Positions 27,615 through 38,045 of a stretch of 64,000 nucleotides of DNA are shown piece after piece. The position numbers were made by a program, and so were the translations under genes. The stretch is from an uncultured Veillonellaceae bacterium (GTDB lineage: Bacteria > Bacillota > Negativicutes > Veillonellales > Dialisteraceae): contig CAKMIA010000008.1 in NCBI GenBank assembly GCA_927353735.1, positions 212 through 64,211 on the forward strand, in the 5' to 3' direction. Every line of letters starts with the position of its first letter. Positions within the stretch are counted from its first letter, which is position 1. Below the pieces are notes generated by a model. The model was not told the DNA's origin. It searched no databases and worked only from the letters and a program-made list of their open reading frames with translations.

Positions 27615-28932
27615 CGGTCTCCGCCGCTTCCTTCGGCGTTTCCCGTTCCTCCGGCGGCACAGGCTCCGCCTTCACCCGGATGATGCGGAAGCCCTCCATG
27701 CGGAGCACCGTAAATTTCCACGGGCCGATCACCACCGTATCGCCCGTTTTCGGAATGCGCTCCAGACGGTAGAAAATGTAGCCGCCGATGGTATTTGCAC
27801 CGCCCTCTTCGGTGAATTCGATGCCCAGCCGGTCGGAAATGTCGTCCAGAATGACCAGCCCGTCAAATTCATAGGTGCCGTCGTCCTTTTTCAGGATCTC
27901 TCCCGGCGCGGTGTCCATTTCCTGGGGAATCTCCCCGATGAGCTCCTCGATAATGTCCTCCAGCGTGACGAGGCCGGCGGTGCTGCCGTACTCGTCCACC
28001 ACCACCGCCAGATAGATCCGGCGCTGGCGCATGAGCTGGAGCAGCTTCGGCGTGGGCATCACTTCCGGCACGGTCAGGATATTGCGGATGATGTGCTTCA
28101 CGTCGGTGGCGCCCACCGCGCAGTTCTCCATGAAATCCTTCACATGGATGTACCCGATGATGTGGTCCTTGTCCTCCATGCACAGCGGGTAGCACGTGTG
28201 GTGCGACTGGCCGATGACCCGGCGCATGTGCTCCATGCTGTCCCCGTAGTACAGCACAGTCATCTCGCTCCGGGGGATCATGATATCCTGCGTCATGAGA
28301 TCGAAGAAATCAAAGGAATTTTTGATGAGCAGATTTTCCAGCGCGGACAGCTTGCCCCCGCGGTGGCTCTCCTCCACGATGCACCGGATCTCCTCCTCGG
28401 AATAGGTGAATTCCGCCTCATTCGTCACAGGCAGCTTCTTCATGCGGAGCACCCGCCGCGCCGTCAGGACGCCCAGCGCCGTAAAGGGATGGAGCACCCG
28501 GCGGATGAGAGAGAGCAGCCACGTGCGGCTGGCGAGCTTTTCCAGCGGATGGGACAGCGCCGCATCGCCGGGGATCCGCATGGTGAAGATCCAGTAGAGC
28601 AGGAGCGCCGCCAGAAGCAGCACCACTGCCGCGGCGGATTTCATCCAGAAGGGCAGCACGATGCCCCAGTGGGCGCCCACGGCGAGCACATTGCGCCAGC
28701 ACTGGGCCAGCGCCAGAATATACACGGCGGTGCAGAGCATCCCCGCCAGCTGGGAACCGGCCAGCGCATAGGCGGGATGCCGGTAATACGGTGCGATCTT
28801 TTCAATGAGCTGCGGGTCCTGATCGCTGTTGTGGTCCACGTAGTCCTTCCGCACGCGGGCCATAGCCGAGTAGATGCCGACGCAGAGACCGTTCAGCACG
28901 GCCGCTGCCAGCGCGGTCAGCAGATATCCCAC
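27601..28932 (-). CDS. CNNM/HlyC/CorC-family transporter (DUF21 + CBS pair + CorC_HlyC domain)
   Basis: N-terminal TM helices, a CBS-pair region (IMIPRSEMTVL...IGYIHVKDF) and a C-terminal CorC domain (GGYIFYRLERIPKTGDTV). The start codon is uncertain: GTG 28932 has no SD (see findings). Confidence 0.8.
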   Translation of the reverse strand: MGYLLTALAAAVLNGLCVGIYSAMARVRKDYVDHNSDQDPQLIEKIAPYYRHPAYALAGSQLAGMLCTAVYILALAQCWRNVLAVGAHWGIVLPFWMKSAAAVVLLLAALLLYWIFTMRIPGDAALSHPLEKLASRTWLLSLIRRVLHPFTALGVLTARRVLRMKKLPVTNEAEFTYSEEEIRCIVEESHRGGKLSALENLLIKNSFDFFDLMTQDIMIPRSEMTVLYYGDSMEHMRRVIGQSHHTCYPLCMEDKDHIIGYIHVKDFMENCAVGATDVKHIIRNILTVPEVMPTPKLLQLMRQRRIYLAVVVDEYGSTAGLVTLEDIIEELIGEIPQEMDTAPGEILKKDDGTYEFDGLVILDDISDRLGIEFTEEGGANTIGGYIFYRLERIPKTGDTVVIGPWKFTVLRMEGFRIIRVKAEPVPPEERETPKEAAETDENE

Positions 28933-29045
28933 AGCCAGTTCTAATTGGGTGTCGATAAGTCATTCCTCCCGTTGGACAGGAAAAGGGAAATGGAAAATAC
29001 GGCCGGAGCCGCTGCGCCGTTTCCCCTGCGGCGCGTTGACGGAAA

Positions 29046-29960
29046 TCACCGGTGCTCCTTGTAGCCCAGCTCCCGCAGGACATAATCCTTATTCTTCCAG
29101 TCCCGCGTCACCTTGACCCACAGGTCCAGATAGACCGGCGCGCCGATCAGGCGCTGGATCTCCTCCCGGGCTTCCTGGCCGGCGGCCTTCAGCAGCGAGC
29201 CGTCCTTCCCGATGATGATGCGTTTCTGGGAATCGCGCTCCACCAGAATGGTGCAGCGGATGTAGACCTTGCCGTTCTCCCGTTCCCGGAATTCCTCCGT
29301 AAAGACGCCGATGGAATGGGGCACCTCGTCATGGGTGCGGAGGAGGAGCTTCTCCCGGACGATCTCCTGCACGATATTGCGCTCCGGCTGGTCCGTCACC
29401 ATGTCGTCGGGGAAATATTTCGGCCCCTCCGGCAGGTACTTCCGGATCATCTTCGTGAATTCGTCCAGATTATCCCCCGTCACCGCAGAGAGCGGGATGA
29501 TCTCCTTGAAGGGATAGCTCTGGCTGTACTGGATGATCTTCTTCATCAGCTGTTCCCGGCTGATGAGGTCGATCTTGCTCAGCACGAGGAAGACCGGCAC
29601 CTGCTTGCCCTGAATGAGCTTCAGGATATACCGGTCCCCGGCGCCGAGCGGGTCATCGCAGGCGCAGAGGAATACGATGAGATCCACCTCGTCGAGGGCG
29701 TCCACCGTCGCCTGGCGGATCACCTCGCCCAGCTTCGACTGGGGCTTGTGCATCCCCGGCGTGTCCAGAAAGACCGCCTGGCAGTTGTCGCCGTTCCAGA
29801 CGCCGGTGATCTTGGTGCGCGTCGTCTGGGCGTGCGAGGACACGATGGAAATCTTCTCGCCGAGCACGGCGTTCATCAGGGTCGATTTTCCCACATTCGG
29901 CCGCCCCACCAGAGCGACGAAGCCGGAATGAAAGGGCTTTGTTTTTTCAGATTGATTCAT
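29046..29960 (-). CDS. era: GTPase Era
   Basis: Start at ATG 29960 (MNQSEKTKPFHSGFVALVGRPNVGKSTLMN...). G1-G4 motifs and a KH domain. The track ORF is over-extended to 30236. Confidence 0.93.
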   Translation of the reverse strand: MNQSEKTKPFHSGFVALVGRPNVGKSTLMNAVLGEKISIVSSHAQTTRTKITGVWNGDNCQAVFLDTPGMHKPQSKLGEVIRQATVDALDEVDLIVFLCACDDPLGAGDRYILKLIQGKQVPVFLVLSKIDLISREQLMKKIIQYSQSYPFKEIIPLSAVTGDNLDEFTKMIRKYLPEGPKYFPDDMVTDQPERNIVQEIVREKLLLRTHDEVPHSIGVFTEEFRERENGKVYIRCTILVERDSQKRIIIGKDGSLLKAAGQEAREEIQRLIGAPVYLDLWVKVTRDWKNKDYVLRELGYKEHR

Positions 29961-30364
29961 TTGTCTCCTTTTTCCGCATCCATGCCGAAGGCACGGGGCA
30001 GCAGCTCCTCCGCTGCCATAACGATATAATCCTCTTCGCTCCGGGCGCAGTAGACCACGGGCACCCGGAATTCCGCCAGAAACTGCCGGCACAGGCCGCA
30101 CGGCGTGGTATAGTCCTCCGTGCTCCCGCACAGCGCCAGCGCCCGGAAGACGGTCACGCCCGCCGCCACGGCGCTTCCCACGGCATTGCGCTCCGCGCAG
30201 AGCCCCGCCGGGTAGGAGGCGTTTTCCACATTGCATCCCGTGAAGATCCGTCCGTCAGCGGTGAGCACCGCCGCGCCCACGGGAAAGCGCGAATACGGCG
30301 CATAGGCGTGGCGCCGGGCCTCCGCCGCATGGCGGATCAGCCGCTGGATCTCCTCAGTTTCCAT
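29957..30364 (-). CDS. cdd: Cytidine deaminase
   Basis: Start at ATG 30364 (METEEIQRLI...). Zinc motifs CAERNA and PCGLCRQ. ATGA overlap with era. Confidence 0.9.
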   Translation of the reverse strand: METEEIQRLIRHAAEARRHAYAPYSRFPVGAAVLTADGRIFTGCNVENASYPAGLCAERNAVGSAVAAGVTVFRALALCGSTEDYTTPCGLCRQFLAEFRVPVVYCARSEEDYIVMAAEELLPRAFGMDAEKGDK

Positions 30365-30804
30365 CCATGACCCGTTCCAGCCCGCAGGCGGAGAGAATGG
30401 CCTCTTCCGTAGCGCGCATGGCCTTCTTTTCTTCTGGATCGTAGTGATCGTAGCCCAGAATGTGCAGGAATCCGTGCACCGACAGGTACGCCACCTCCCG
30501 CTCCCGGCTGTGGCCGTATTCCCGGGCCTGCTCCTCCGCCCGGTCCAGATTGATGACGATGTCGCCCAGCTCGGATTCCTCCTCCGGCACGTCGTCCTCC
30601 CCTTCATTCAGGGCGAAGGACAGCACGTCCGTCGGCGCATCCACATCGCGGTACGTCCGGTTCAGCTCGTGAATCACCGGCCCGTCGCAGATGAGCACGC
30701 TGATCTCCGCCGTGTCCGGCACCTTCTGCAGCTCTGCGCCCTTGGTGAGCACCTGCCGGATGAGCGCTTCCAGCTCCTCGCTGTAATATCCCATATTGCT
30801 GTAA

Positions 30805-30821
<17 letters not shown>
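30354..30821 (-). CDS. ybeY: rRNA maturation endoribonuclease YbeY
   Basis: Start at ATG 30821 (MEITINYS...). Contains the HGFLHILGYDH zinc motif. Confidence 0.92.
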
Positions 30822-31815
<994 letters not shown>

Positions 31816-31827
31816 GCCTTTCTCTGT

Positions 31828-32790
31828 TCAATGCGTATCCCCGCCGGTCCAGCGGCGCACCGCCTTTCCGTCCATATAATCGCACCGGTCGCCCTGGGAG
31901 ATGTCCCGGAGGATCATCGCCTCGTCGATGCGCTTCTTCACTTCCCACCAGGGGTCGCCGCCGTTCACCGTGATCGTGTACGGACCGGACGCGCGCCCCA
32001 CGATGCGCTGGATGATGATATCCTTCCGCAGATAAGACAGGAAGAGCAGCACCCGTTCGATGTATTCCGCCATGGGAAGCAGCGTAAGCTCCCCGGCCTC
32101 GTACATCCGGGCCAGCGCCGTGCCCTTCACGATATAAAGAGAATGGAGCTTCACCTGCGTCACCGGCAGAACGGACACCAGCTTCGCCGTCTCCTCCACG
32201 TCCGTGCGGTCGTCCCAGGGAAGGTCCGCGATGACATGGGCGCAGAGGCCGAAGCCATACCGCCCGATGCGGAGCGCTCCGTCGATGAATTCCGCCGCGG
32301 TATGCCCCCGTCCGAGGATCTTCAGGGTATGCGGATTCGACGACTGGAGCCCCAGCTCCACCGTGATGCCCACACCGTACCGGTCCGCCACCTCCTTCAG
32401 GATCTCCAGATAGACCTCATGGATGCAGTCCGGCCGGGTGGAAACGTCGAGCTCCACCACATCGGGATGACGGGCGGCCTCCTCCATCCATGCCCGGAAC
32501 CGGTCCGGCGGCGCATAGGTATTGGTAAAATTCTGGAAATAGGTGATAAATTTTTTCGCCTTGTACTTCGGACCGATATGGGCGATGCTCCGCTCGAGCT
32601 GCGCCGTGATGGAAAGCCCCACGGCCCTCGTCTCGTAGTCAGCTCCAATGGAGCCGCAGAAAATGCAGCCCCCGCTGCCCAGCGTGCCGTCCCGGTTCGG
32701 GCAGGTCACAGGCAGCGCCACCGGCACCTTGTACACTTTTTCGCCGTACCGCGCCTTGAGCGCGTCGGAATAACCGCGGTATCGTCCCAT
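31828..32790 (-). CDS. Radical SAM protein, TIGR01212 (YhcC-like) family
   Basis: Start at ATG 32790 (MGRYRGYSDALKARYGEKVYKVPV...). Contains CPNRDGTLGSGGCIFCG, characteristic of the family. Confidence 0.8.
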   Translation of the reverse strand: MGRYRGYSDALKARYGEKVYKVPVALPVTCPNRDGTLGSGGCIFCGSIGADYETRAVGLSITAQLERSIAHIGPKYKAKKFITYFQNFTNTYAPPDRFRAWMEEAARHPDVVELDVSTRPDCIHEVYLEILKEVADRYGVGITVELGLQSSNPHTLKILGRGHTAAEFIDGALRIGRYGFGLCAHVIADLPWDDRTDVEETAKLVSVLPVTQVKLHSLYIVKGTALARMYEAGELTLLPMAEYIERVLLFLSYLRKDIIIQRIVGRASGPYTITVNGGDPWWEVKKRIDEAMILRDISQGDRCDYMDGKAVRRWTGGDTH

Positions 32791-32893
32791 ATTACACTCC
32801 TTCAGAATATATAATACATCATATCTGCCGGCCGGAAAAGTTTTGCCGCCGTCTATGCTACAATAAAAGAAAGCATCATAAAGGAGACCTGTC

Positions 32894-34774
32894 ATGATTC
32901 GGATCATCACCGCTCAGCTGGATATCCGCCCGGGACAAATCCGGGCGAACTGGGAGCAGATCGAGAAGGAAATCCGCCGCGCGAAGGACGCCGGCGCGGA
33001 TATCCTCGTTCTGCCGGAAATGTGCCTCACGGGCTATCTCATCGGAGACCTGTGGGACCAGAATGCGTTCCTCCGGGAATGCGAAGCCTACAATCAGCGC
33101 CTCGCCGCCGCGGCGCAGGGCCTCGTCATCCTCTGGGGAAGCTGCGCCGTGGACTGGACGCGCATCCAGGACGACGGCCGAGTGCGGAAATACAACGCCG
33201 CCTTCGCCGCCGCAGAGGGCCGCTTCCTCACGCCCCGGGGCAGCCGCCGTCCCTACACGATCAAGACGCTCCTCCCCAATTACCGCCAGTTCGACGACCG
33301 GCGCTACTTCACCGGCGCCGCCGCGGCTGCCGCAGAGGACGGCCTCCCCCCGGGGGGTTTCCTCCGCCCCTTCGGTCAAAGATTGCAGGGCGGGACGCTC
33401 GCTGCGGGCGTCCTTCTCTGCGAGGACAGCTGGGATGAAAATTACGCGGTCCATCCCATGGACCTGCTCGCCGCGCACAAGCCGGACCTTTTCTTCAATC
33501 TTTCCGCCTCGCCCTTCACGCTCGGGAAAAATGAAAAGCGCCACCGCATGCTCACCGCCGCCACGGGCCGGCTCCACGTGCCCATGCTGTACGTGAATCA
33601 CCGCGGGCTCCAGAACAACGGCAAGGACTGCTACACCTTCGACGGCATGACCGCCGCCTACAGCACGGACGGACAGCTCGCCGGCGAAGCCGCGCCGTAC
33701 ACCGAGGCCCGGTCGGCCTTCCTCTTCGATCCGGAAACACACGCGCTCACGCCGGAGCGGCCCATGCCGCCCCACACAGGCGATCTGCTCCTCCCGGCGC
33801 TCCGCTACGGCGTCTCTCATTTTCTGAAGGACATCGGCGTCTCCCGGGTGGTCATCGGCGTCTCCGGCGGCATCGATTCCGCGGTGAATGCCGCGCTGTA
33901 CCGCTCCATTCTTCCCGCCGACCAGCTGCTGCTGGTGAATACGCCCACGCGGTTCAATTCGGAGACCACAAAGCATCTCGCCGCGGACATTGCAGAACGC
34001 CTCGGCTCGCCCTATGTGACGATCCCCATCGGAGACTTCGTGGACCGCACGGCGGAGGTGCTCGCGTCCCTCACCATCCGAACCGCAGAGGACGCAAAAA
34101 ATCTGGCGCCCACGTCCTTCATGAAGGAAAATATCCAGGCCCGCGACCGGAGCGGCCGCATCCTCGCCGCGCTCGCCGCTTCCTTTGGCGGCATCTTCAC
34201 GTGCAACGCCAACAAAACGGAATTCACCATCGGCTACGCCACCCTCTATGGCGACATGGCCGGGGCCCTCGCCGCGACGGCCGATCTGTGGAAGCATCAG
34301 GTCTACCAGACGGGCCGCGCGCTTAACGATTTCTTCGGTGAGGCCGTCATCCCCGAGGGCATCTTCACCATCCGCCCCAGCGCGGAGCTCTCTGACGCGC
34401 AGGCCGTGGACAAGGGACTCGGCGATCCCCTCGTATACGATTACCATGATTATCTCTTCCGGAGCTTCGTGGAGCCCTGGCAGCGCTCTACGCCGGAGGA
34501 CATCCTCCGGTGGTACGCCGAGGGCACGCTGGAAGCGCACATCGGCACGCCTCTCGCCGTAAAGGACATCTTCCCCGATGCGGCGGCCTTCATCGCCGAT
34601 CTGGAAAAATGGTGGAAGCTCTTCGCAGGCTTTGCGGTGGCGAAACGCATCCAGTCCCCGCCGCTGCTGGCGGTCTCCCGCCGCCCCTACGGCTACGACC
34701 TCCGCGAGTCCCAGCTCGCGCCGTACTTCACGGACGCCTATCTCGCTCTGAAAGAACAGCTCCTTACCCATTGA
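32894..34774 (+). CDS. nadE: Glutamine-dependent NAD+ synthetase
   Basis: N-terminal CN-hydrolase domain (ADILVLPEMCLTGY..., LLCEDSW) and a C-terminal PP-loop (GVSGGIDSAV). Confidence 0.9.
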   Translation: MIRIITAQLDIRPGQIRANWEQIEKEIRRAKDAGADILVLPEMCLTGYLIGDLWDQNAFLRECEAYNQRLAAAAQGLVILWGSCAVDWTRIQDDGRVRKYNAAFAAAEGRFLTPRGSRRPYTIKTLLPNYRQFDDRRYFTGAAAAAAEDGLPPGGFLRPFGQRLQGGTLAAGVLLCEDSWDENYAVHPMDLLAAHKPDLFFNLSASPFTLGKNEKRHRMLTAATGRLHVPMLYVNHRGLQNNGKDCYTFDGMTAAYSTDGQLAGEAAPYTEARSAFLFDPETHALTPERPMPPHTGDLLLPALRYGVSHFLKDIGVSRVVIGVSGGIDSAVNAALYRSILPADQLLLVNTPTRFNSETTKHLAADIAERLGSPYVTIPIGDFVDRTAEVLASLTIRTAEDAKNLAPTSFMKENIQARDRSGRILAALAASFGGIFTCNANKTEFTIGYATLYGDMAGALAATADLWKHQVYQTGRALNDFFGEAVIPEGIFTIRPSAELSDAQAVDKGLGDPLVYDYHDYLFRSFVEPWQRSTPEDILRWYAEGTLEAHIGTPLAVKDIFPDAAAFIADLEKWWKLFAGFAVAKRIQSPPLLAVSRRPYGYDLRESQLAPYFTDAYLALKEQLLTH

Positions 34775-34785
34775 TAAAAGGCACA

Positions 34786-34820
34786 CAAAAAGACAGACCC
34801 TGAAAGGTCTGTCTTTTTTC
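34786..34820. terminator. Bidirectional terminator between nadE and the DEAD-box helicase gene
   Basis: agacagacc (34791-34799) pairs with ggtctgtct (34806-34814), flanked by an A-run and a T-run. Confidence 0.8.
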
Positions 34821-34822
34821 TA

Positions 34823-36361
34823 TCAGTCTTCCTTGAAGTACGGCTTGAACGACGTCTGATGTGCCGGACGGCGCGAACCGGCCACAGCGTTGTCGCCCCG
34901 GTTGGAGCGGCGGCGGTTCATGCGGCGTCCCTCCCGCTGGGGACGGCCGTTCTCTCCGTTGTCCTCTCTGCGTCCTTCCCGGCGCGGACGGTCTCCGCTG
35001 CGGCGGGGACGGTGTCCGTCGCTGCTGCGGCGCTTCCGGAAATTCGGCTTCTCCTCGGTGATGCGCACCGGCGTCACATCGGGCTGCTTCGTGAGCAGCT
35101 TGATCGCTGCGGACACCAGAGAAATGGAATCGTAATCATTCAGCAGCTCCTCCGCGATCTCGCGGTAGGTCTCAAGCCCCTCGCCCGCGGCGGCATTGCG
35201 CAGATTTTCGATGGCTTCCCGCTGGTTGCCTTCAATGACATCGGACAGCGTGGGCACCGCGCGGCGTTTGATGCGGCGGCGGATGAGCCGTTCAATATCG
35301 TGGAACTGGCCCATTTCCCGGGAGATGACAAAGGTGGTGGCCATGCCCGTGCGGCCGGCGCGGCCCGTACGGCCTACGCGGTGCACATAGCTTTCCGGGT
35401 CCTGAGGCATATCGAAATTGTACACGTGGGTGACGCCGCTGATGTCCAGCCCGCGGGCCGCCACATCGGTCGCCACCAGAATGTCGATGGTATTTTCCTT
35501 GAACTGGCGGATGACGGAATCGCGCTTGGCCTGGGACAGATCGCCGTGGATGCCCTCCGCCGTATAGCCGCGCTTCTTCAGCGCTTCCGTCACTTCGTCC
35601 GCGCGGCGCTTCGTCCGTACGAAAACGATGGCCAGATCCGGTTCCTGCATGTCGAGGAGACGGCACAGCGCATCGAATTTCTGACGGTCCGGCAGCTCGA
35701 TGTATTCCTGCTCGATGAGGTCGATGGTGACCGTCGCCGCCTTGATCTGCACGTGCTCCGGTTCCTTAAGGAACGTGTCGGCCAGCTCCTGAATGGGTTC
35801 CGGCATCGTCGCGGAGAAAAGCATGGTCTGCCGTTCCTCCGGCATGGCCGCAAGGATGGTGCGGATGTCGTCGATGAAGCCCATGTCCATCATTTCATCC
35901 GCTTCGTCCAGCACCAGCACCTGCACGTTGGACAGGTCGATGGAGCCCCGCTTCATGTGGTCCATGAGGCGGCCCGGCGTGGCGACGATGATCTGCGGAT
36001 GCTGCCGCAGCGCCCGGAACTGGCGGTTGATATCCTGACCACCGTAGATCGGCACCGCATGAATGGGCAGGAACTGCGCCAGATGATTGATTTCCTCGGC
36101 AGACTGCACCGCCAGCTCTCTCGTGGGCGACAGCACCACCGCCTGCGGCGCGGGCCGGGAAATATCAATGCACTGAAGAATGGGAATCCCGAAAGCGGCC
36201 GTTTTCCCCGTGCCGGTCTGTGCCTGACCGATGAGATCCCGGCCGGCCAGCGCGGAGGGGATCGCCGCCTTCTGGATCGGCGTGGGTTCTTCGAAGCCCA
36301 TATCCTCCACCGCTTTCAAAATCTGCGGTACAATTCCCAGTTCCTCAAATGTTTCGTACAT
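34823..36361 (-). CDS. DEAD-box ATP-dependent RNA helicase (CshA/DeaD-like) with an R-rich tail
   Basis: Start at ATG 36361 with a GGAGG SD. Q-motif GFEEPTPIQ, AQTGTGKT, VLDEADEM, SAT, HRVGRTGRAG, and a C-terminal RRxxRG-rich tail. Confidence 0.9.
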   Translation of the reverse strand: MYETFEELGIVPQILKAVEDMGFEEPTPIQKAAIPSALAGRDLIGQAQTGTGKTAAFGIPILQCIDISRPAPQAVVLSPTRELAVQSAEEINHLAQFLPIHAVPIYGGQDINRQFRALRQHPQIIVATPGRLMDHMKRGSIDLSNVQVLVLDEADEMMDMGFIDDIRTILAAMPEERQTMLFSATMPEPIQELADTFLKEPEHVQIKAATVTIDLIEQEYIELPDRQKFDALCRLLDMQEPDLAIVFVRTKRRADEVTEALKKRGYTAEGIHGDLSQAKRDSVIRQFKENTIDILVATDVAARGLDISGVTHVYNFDMPQDPESYVHRVGRTGRAGRTGMATTFVISREMGQFHDIERLIRRRIKRRAVPTLSDVIEGNQREAIENLRNAAAGEGLETYREIAEELLNDYDSISLVSAAIKLLTKQPDVTPVRITEEKPNFRKRRSSDGHRPRRSGDRPRREGRREDNGENGRPQREGRRMNRRRSNRGDNAVAGSRRPAHQTSFKPYFKED

Positions 36362-36670
36362 ACGATGCCTCCATTTCAAGCGCCGATGATGGAAAAGCAC
36401 GTATTTCTCCCGGAAATACGCGCCCCTGTTTCGGACAATAACTTTTTTATTATACCATGGTCCGCCCGCGGAAGAAATGAATACTTGAAAATCCTTAACG
36501 CGGGGAAATCCAGCACTACCGAATTGTCCTTATATCTTATTTATGTCAATTTACGCATTAATTCATAGAAATAGTGTTGAATAATAAGTGTTAAAATACA
36601 AGTAACCCATCTTTTTATATCACTAAGCAATGCATTTTTATAAATAAGATAAGATTTATCAGGAGGTCAA

Positions 36671-37792
36671 ATGGACGTAAATATTCTAATTCAAAAATTA
36701 AAAAGCATGCGTTCTCAAATAATGGATTCTTACTGCATCGTAAATGGCGAACTTATTCCTTTTACGGAAATCCAAAATATGGGATACGATGAATTTAGTT
36801 TACGCGCTAGGAGGTGTATGCCATCAAAACTATATAAATACTTTCCCAATCGCGTGGATAATGGAAACGGAAAGGCAAAAAAATCAATCAATTATAGTAT
36901 GCAAGCATTAAAAGATAATACGGTTTTTATGCAATCCCCCAGTTTATACGATGATATATTTGGCTCTGACATCACATTAGATTTTGGAGAATATCAAAAA
37001 TTTCGCCTACTCAATTATTGTCAGCGTTGTGGATTGCATGTTTCTTCTACTATGTCGTTTGAAATCCTAAAAAGTCTTTTTCGACAAACAATTAACAATT
37101 CTATTCAACTTACAAAAAATTTTGATTTCATTTTTAAGCAACCGCCCGCATCAAAAATTGAAAAACTATCTAATGAATATTTTCTGCTGAGATTAAAAAT
37201 AGCACTAGCTAAACATATAGATTTAGACGAAGCAATAATTCATATAATTACTGAAGATTTTAACCAATATTCAGTAAATTTAAAGACTATATTTCGAACA
37301 ACTTGTTTTGCAACCACACCATATTCTCAATTAATGTGGGGCGGTACTTATGCAGATTGCCACAAAGGATTTTGTGCCGAATATACTATTCTTCCCAATA
37401 ATCCCCAATATCAGCATTTATTTTACAATTTATTTCCAATGATCTATTGTAAAATTCGTTCTAACATAACCGAACGTCTTGTACAATTTGAAGATAAAGA
37501 GCCCACCGAAGAAAGTTTATGGGATATCTATTTCCATGGAGTATTACGAAAAAGTATTGATTGGGCATTTCAAAATGAATGGCGACTTTTACTTCCCCTG
37601 GGTCCGAATCGACAAAAACAGGAATATTGCATTCCATTTTTCCCTATTACAAAAATCTTTTTAGGAAATCAGATGTTACCCGATGCACAAAAAGAAATTA
37701 TCGAAATCTGTCAAGAACGAAATATTCCCTATGTTAGCATGAAAAAAAATCCGCATATATTTGAAATGGAAGAATGCTCCATCGAACAATAA
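36671..37792 (+). CDS. DUF2971-family protein (function unknown) in an AT-rich islet
   Basis: 373 aa, AGGAGG SD. Three blocks match my memory of DUF2971: KLYKYFP...ALKDNTVFMQSPSLYDDIFGSD, SQLMWGGTYADCHKGFCAEY and KSIDWAFQNEWRLLLP. Hand-counted G+C on sampled lines is about 23-33%, against about 60-65% in the flanks. Confidence 0.7.
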   Translation: MDVNILIQKLKSMRSQIMDSYCIVNGELIPFTEIQNMGYDEFSLRARRCMPSKLYKYFPNRVDNGNGKAKKSINYSMQALKDNTVFMQSPSLYDDIFGSDITLDFGEYQKFRLLNYCQRCGLHVSSTMSFEILKSLFRQTINNSIQLTKNFDFIFKQPPASKIEKLSNEYFLLRLKIALAKHIDLDEAIIHIITEDFNQYSVNLKTIFRTTCFATTPYSQLMWGGTYADCHKGFCAEYTILPNNPQYQHLFYNLFPMIYCKIRSNITERLVQFEDKEPTEESLWDIYFHGVLRKSIDWAFQNEWRLLLPLGPNRQKQEYCIPFFPITKIFLGNQMLPDAQKEIIEICQERNIPYVSMKKNPHIFEMEECSIEQ

Positions 37793-37800
37793 AAATTAAT

Positions 37801-37842
37801 AAAAAGGCAGAAGGGTAACTAGTCCTTCTGCCTTTTATTTTT
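37801..37842 (+). terminator. Terminator of the DUF2971 gene
   Basis: ggcagaagg (37806-37814) pairs with ccttctgcc (37824-37832), followed by ttttattttt. Confidence 0.75.
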
Positions 37843-37912
37843 CAAAATTTCAAAATAAAAATCATGAAAAAAGTGTCCTTATAGCTTTTTACTGCTACAA
37901 GAACACTTTATA

Positions 37913-37998
37913 TGGTGCCGGAGGCGGGACTTGAACCCGCACGAAGTTGTCCCCGTCAGATTTTGAGTCTGATGCGTCTGCCATTCCGCCACTCCGGC
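37913..37998 (-). tRNA. tRNA-Leu (anticodon CAA), long variable arm, CCA encoded
   Basis: Reverse complement GCCGGAGTGGCGGAATGGCAGACGCATCAGACTCAAAATCTGACGGGGACAACTTCGTGCGGGTTCAAGTCCCGCCTCCGGCACCA. Anticodon stem TCAGA/TCTGA, loop CTCAAAA. Confidence 0.9.
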
Positions 37999-38015
37999 CC
38001 GTATTGACGGAATAT

Positions 38016-38045
38016 ATTGTATCATACGGTTCAGAAATCAGTCAA
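38016..38045 (-). promoter_or_regulatory. Promoter for tRNA-Leu, overlapping the surE stop
   Basis: Minus strand: TTGACT (38045-38040), 18 nt spacer, TACAAT (38021-38016), with TG at the extended -10 position. Confidence 0.55.

Noticed and set aside
28802-29083. 93-aa minus-strand ORF beginning at the ATG next to the strong SD upstream of the CNNM gene
   Set aside because: The SD-ATG spacing is about 1 nt. The product is Arg/Gly-rich nonsense that overlaps the DUF21 TM region in another frame.
36400-36560. attL-type copy of the tRNA-Leu 3' end at the far side of the AT-rich islet
   Set aside because: No copy of the tRNA 3' segment is visible, only a 10-bp repeat (TGTCCTTATA), which could arise by chance. 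No integrase is present, so a classical integrative element is not supported.
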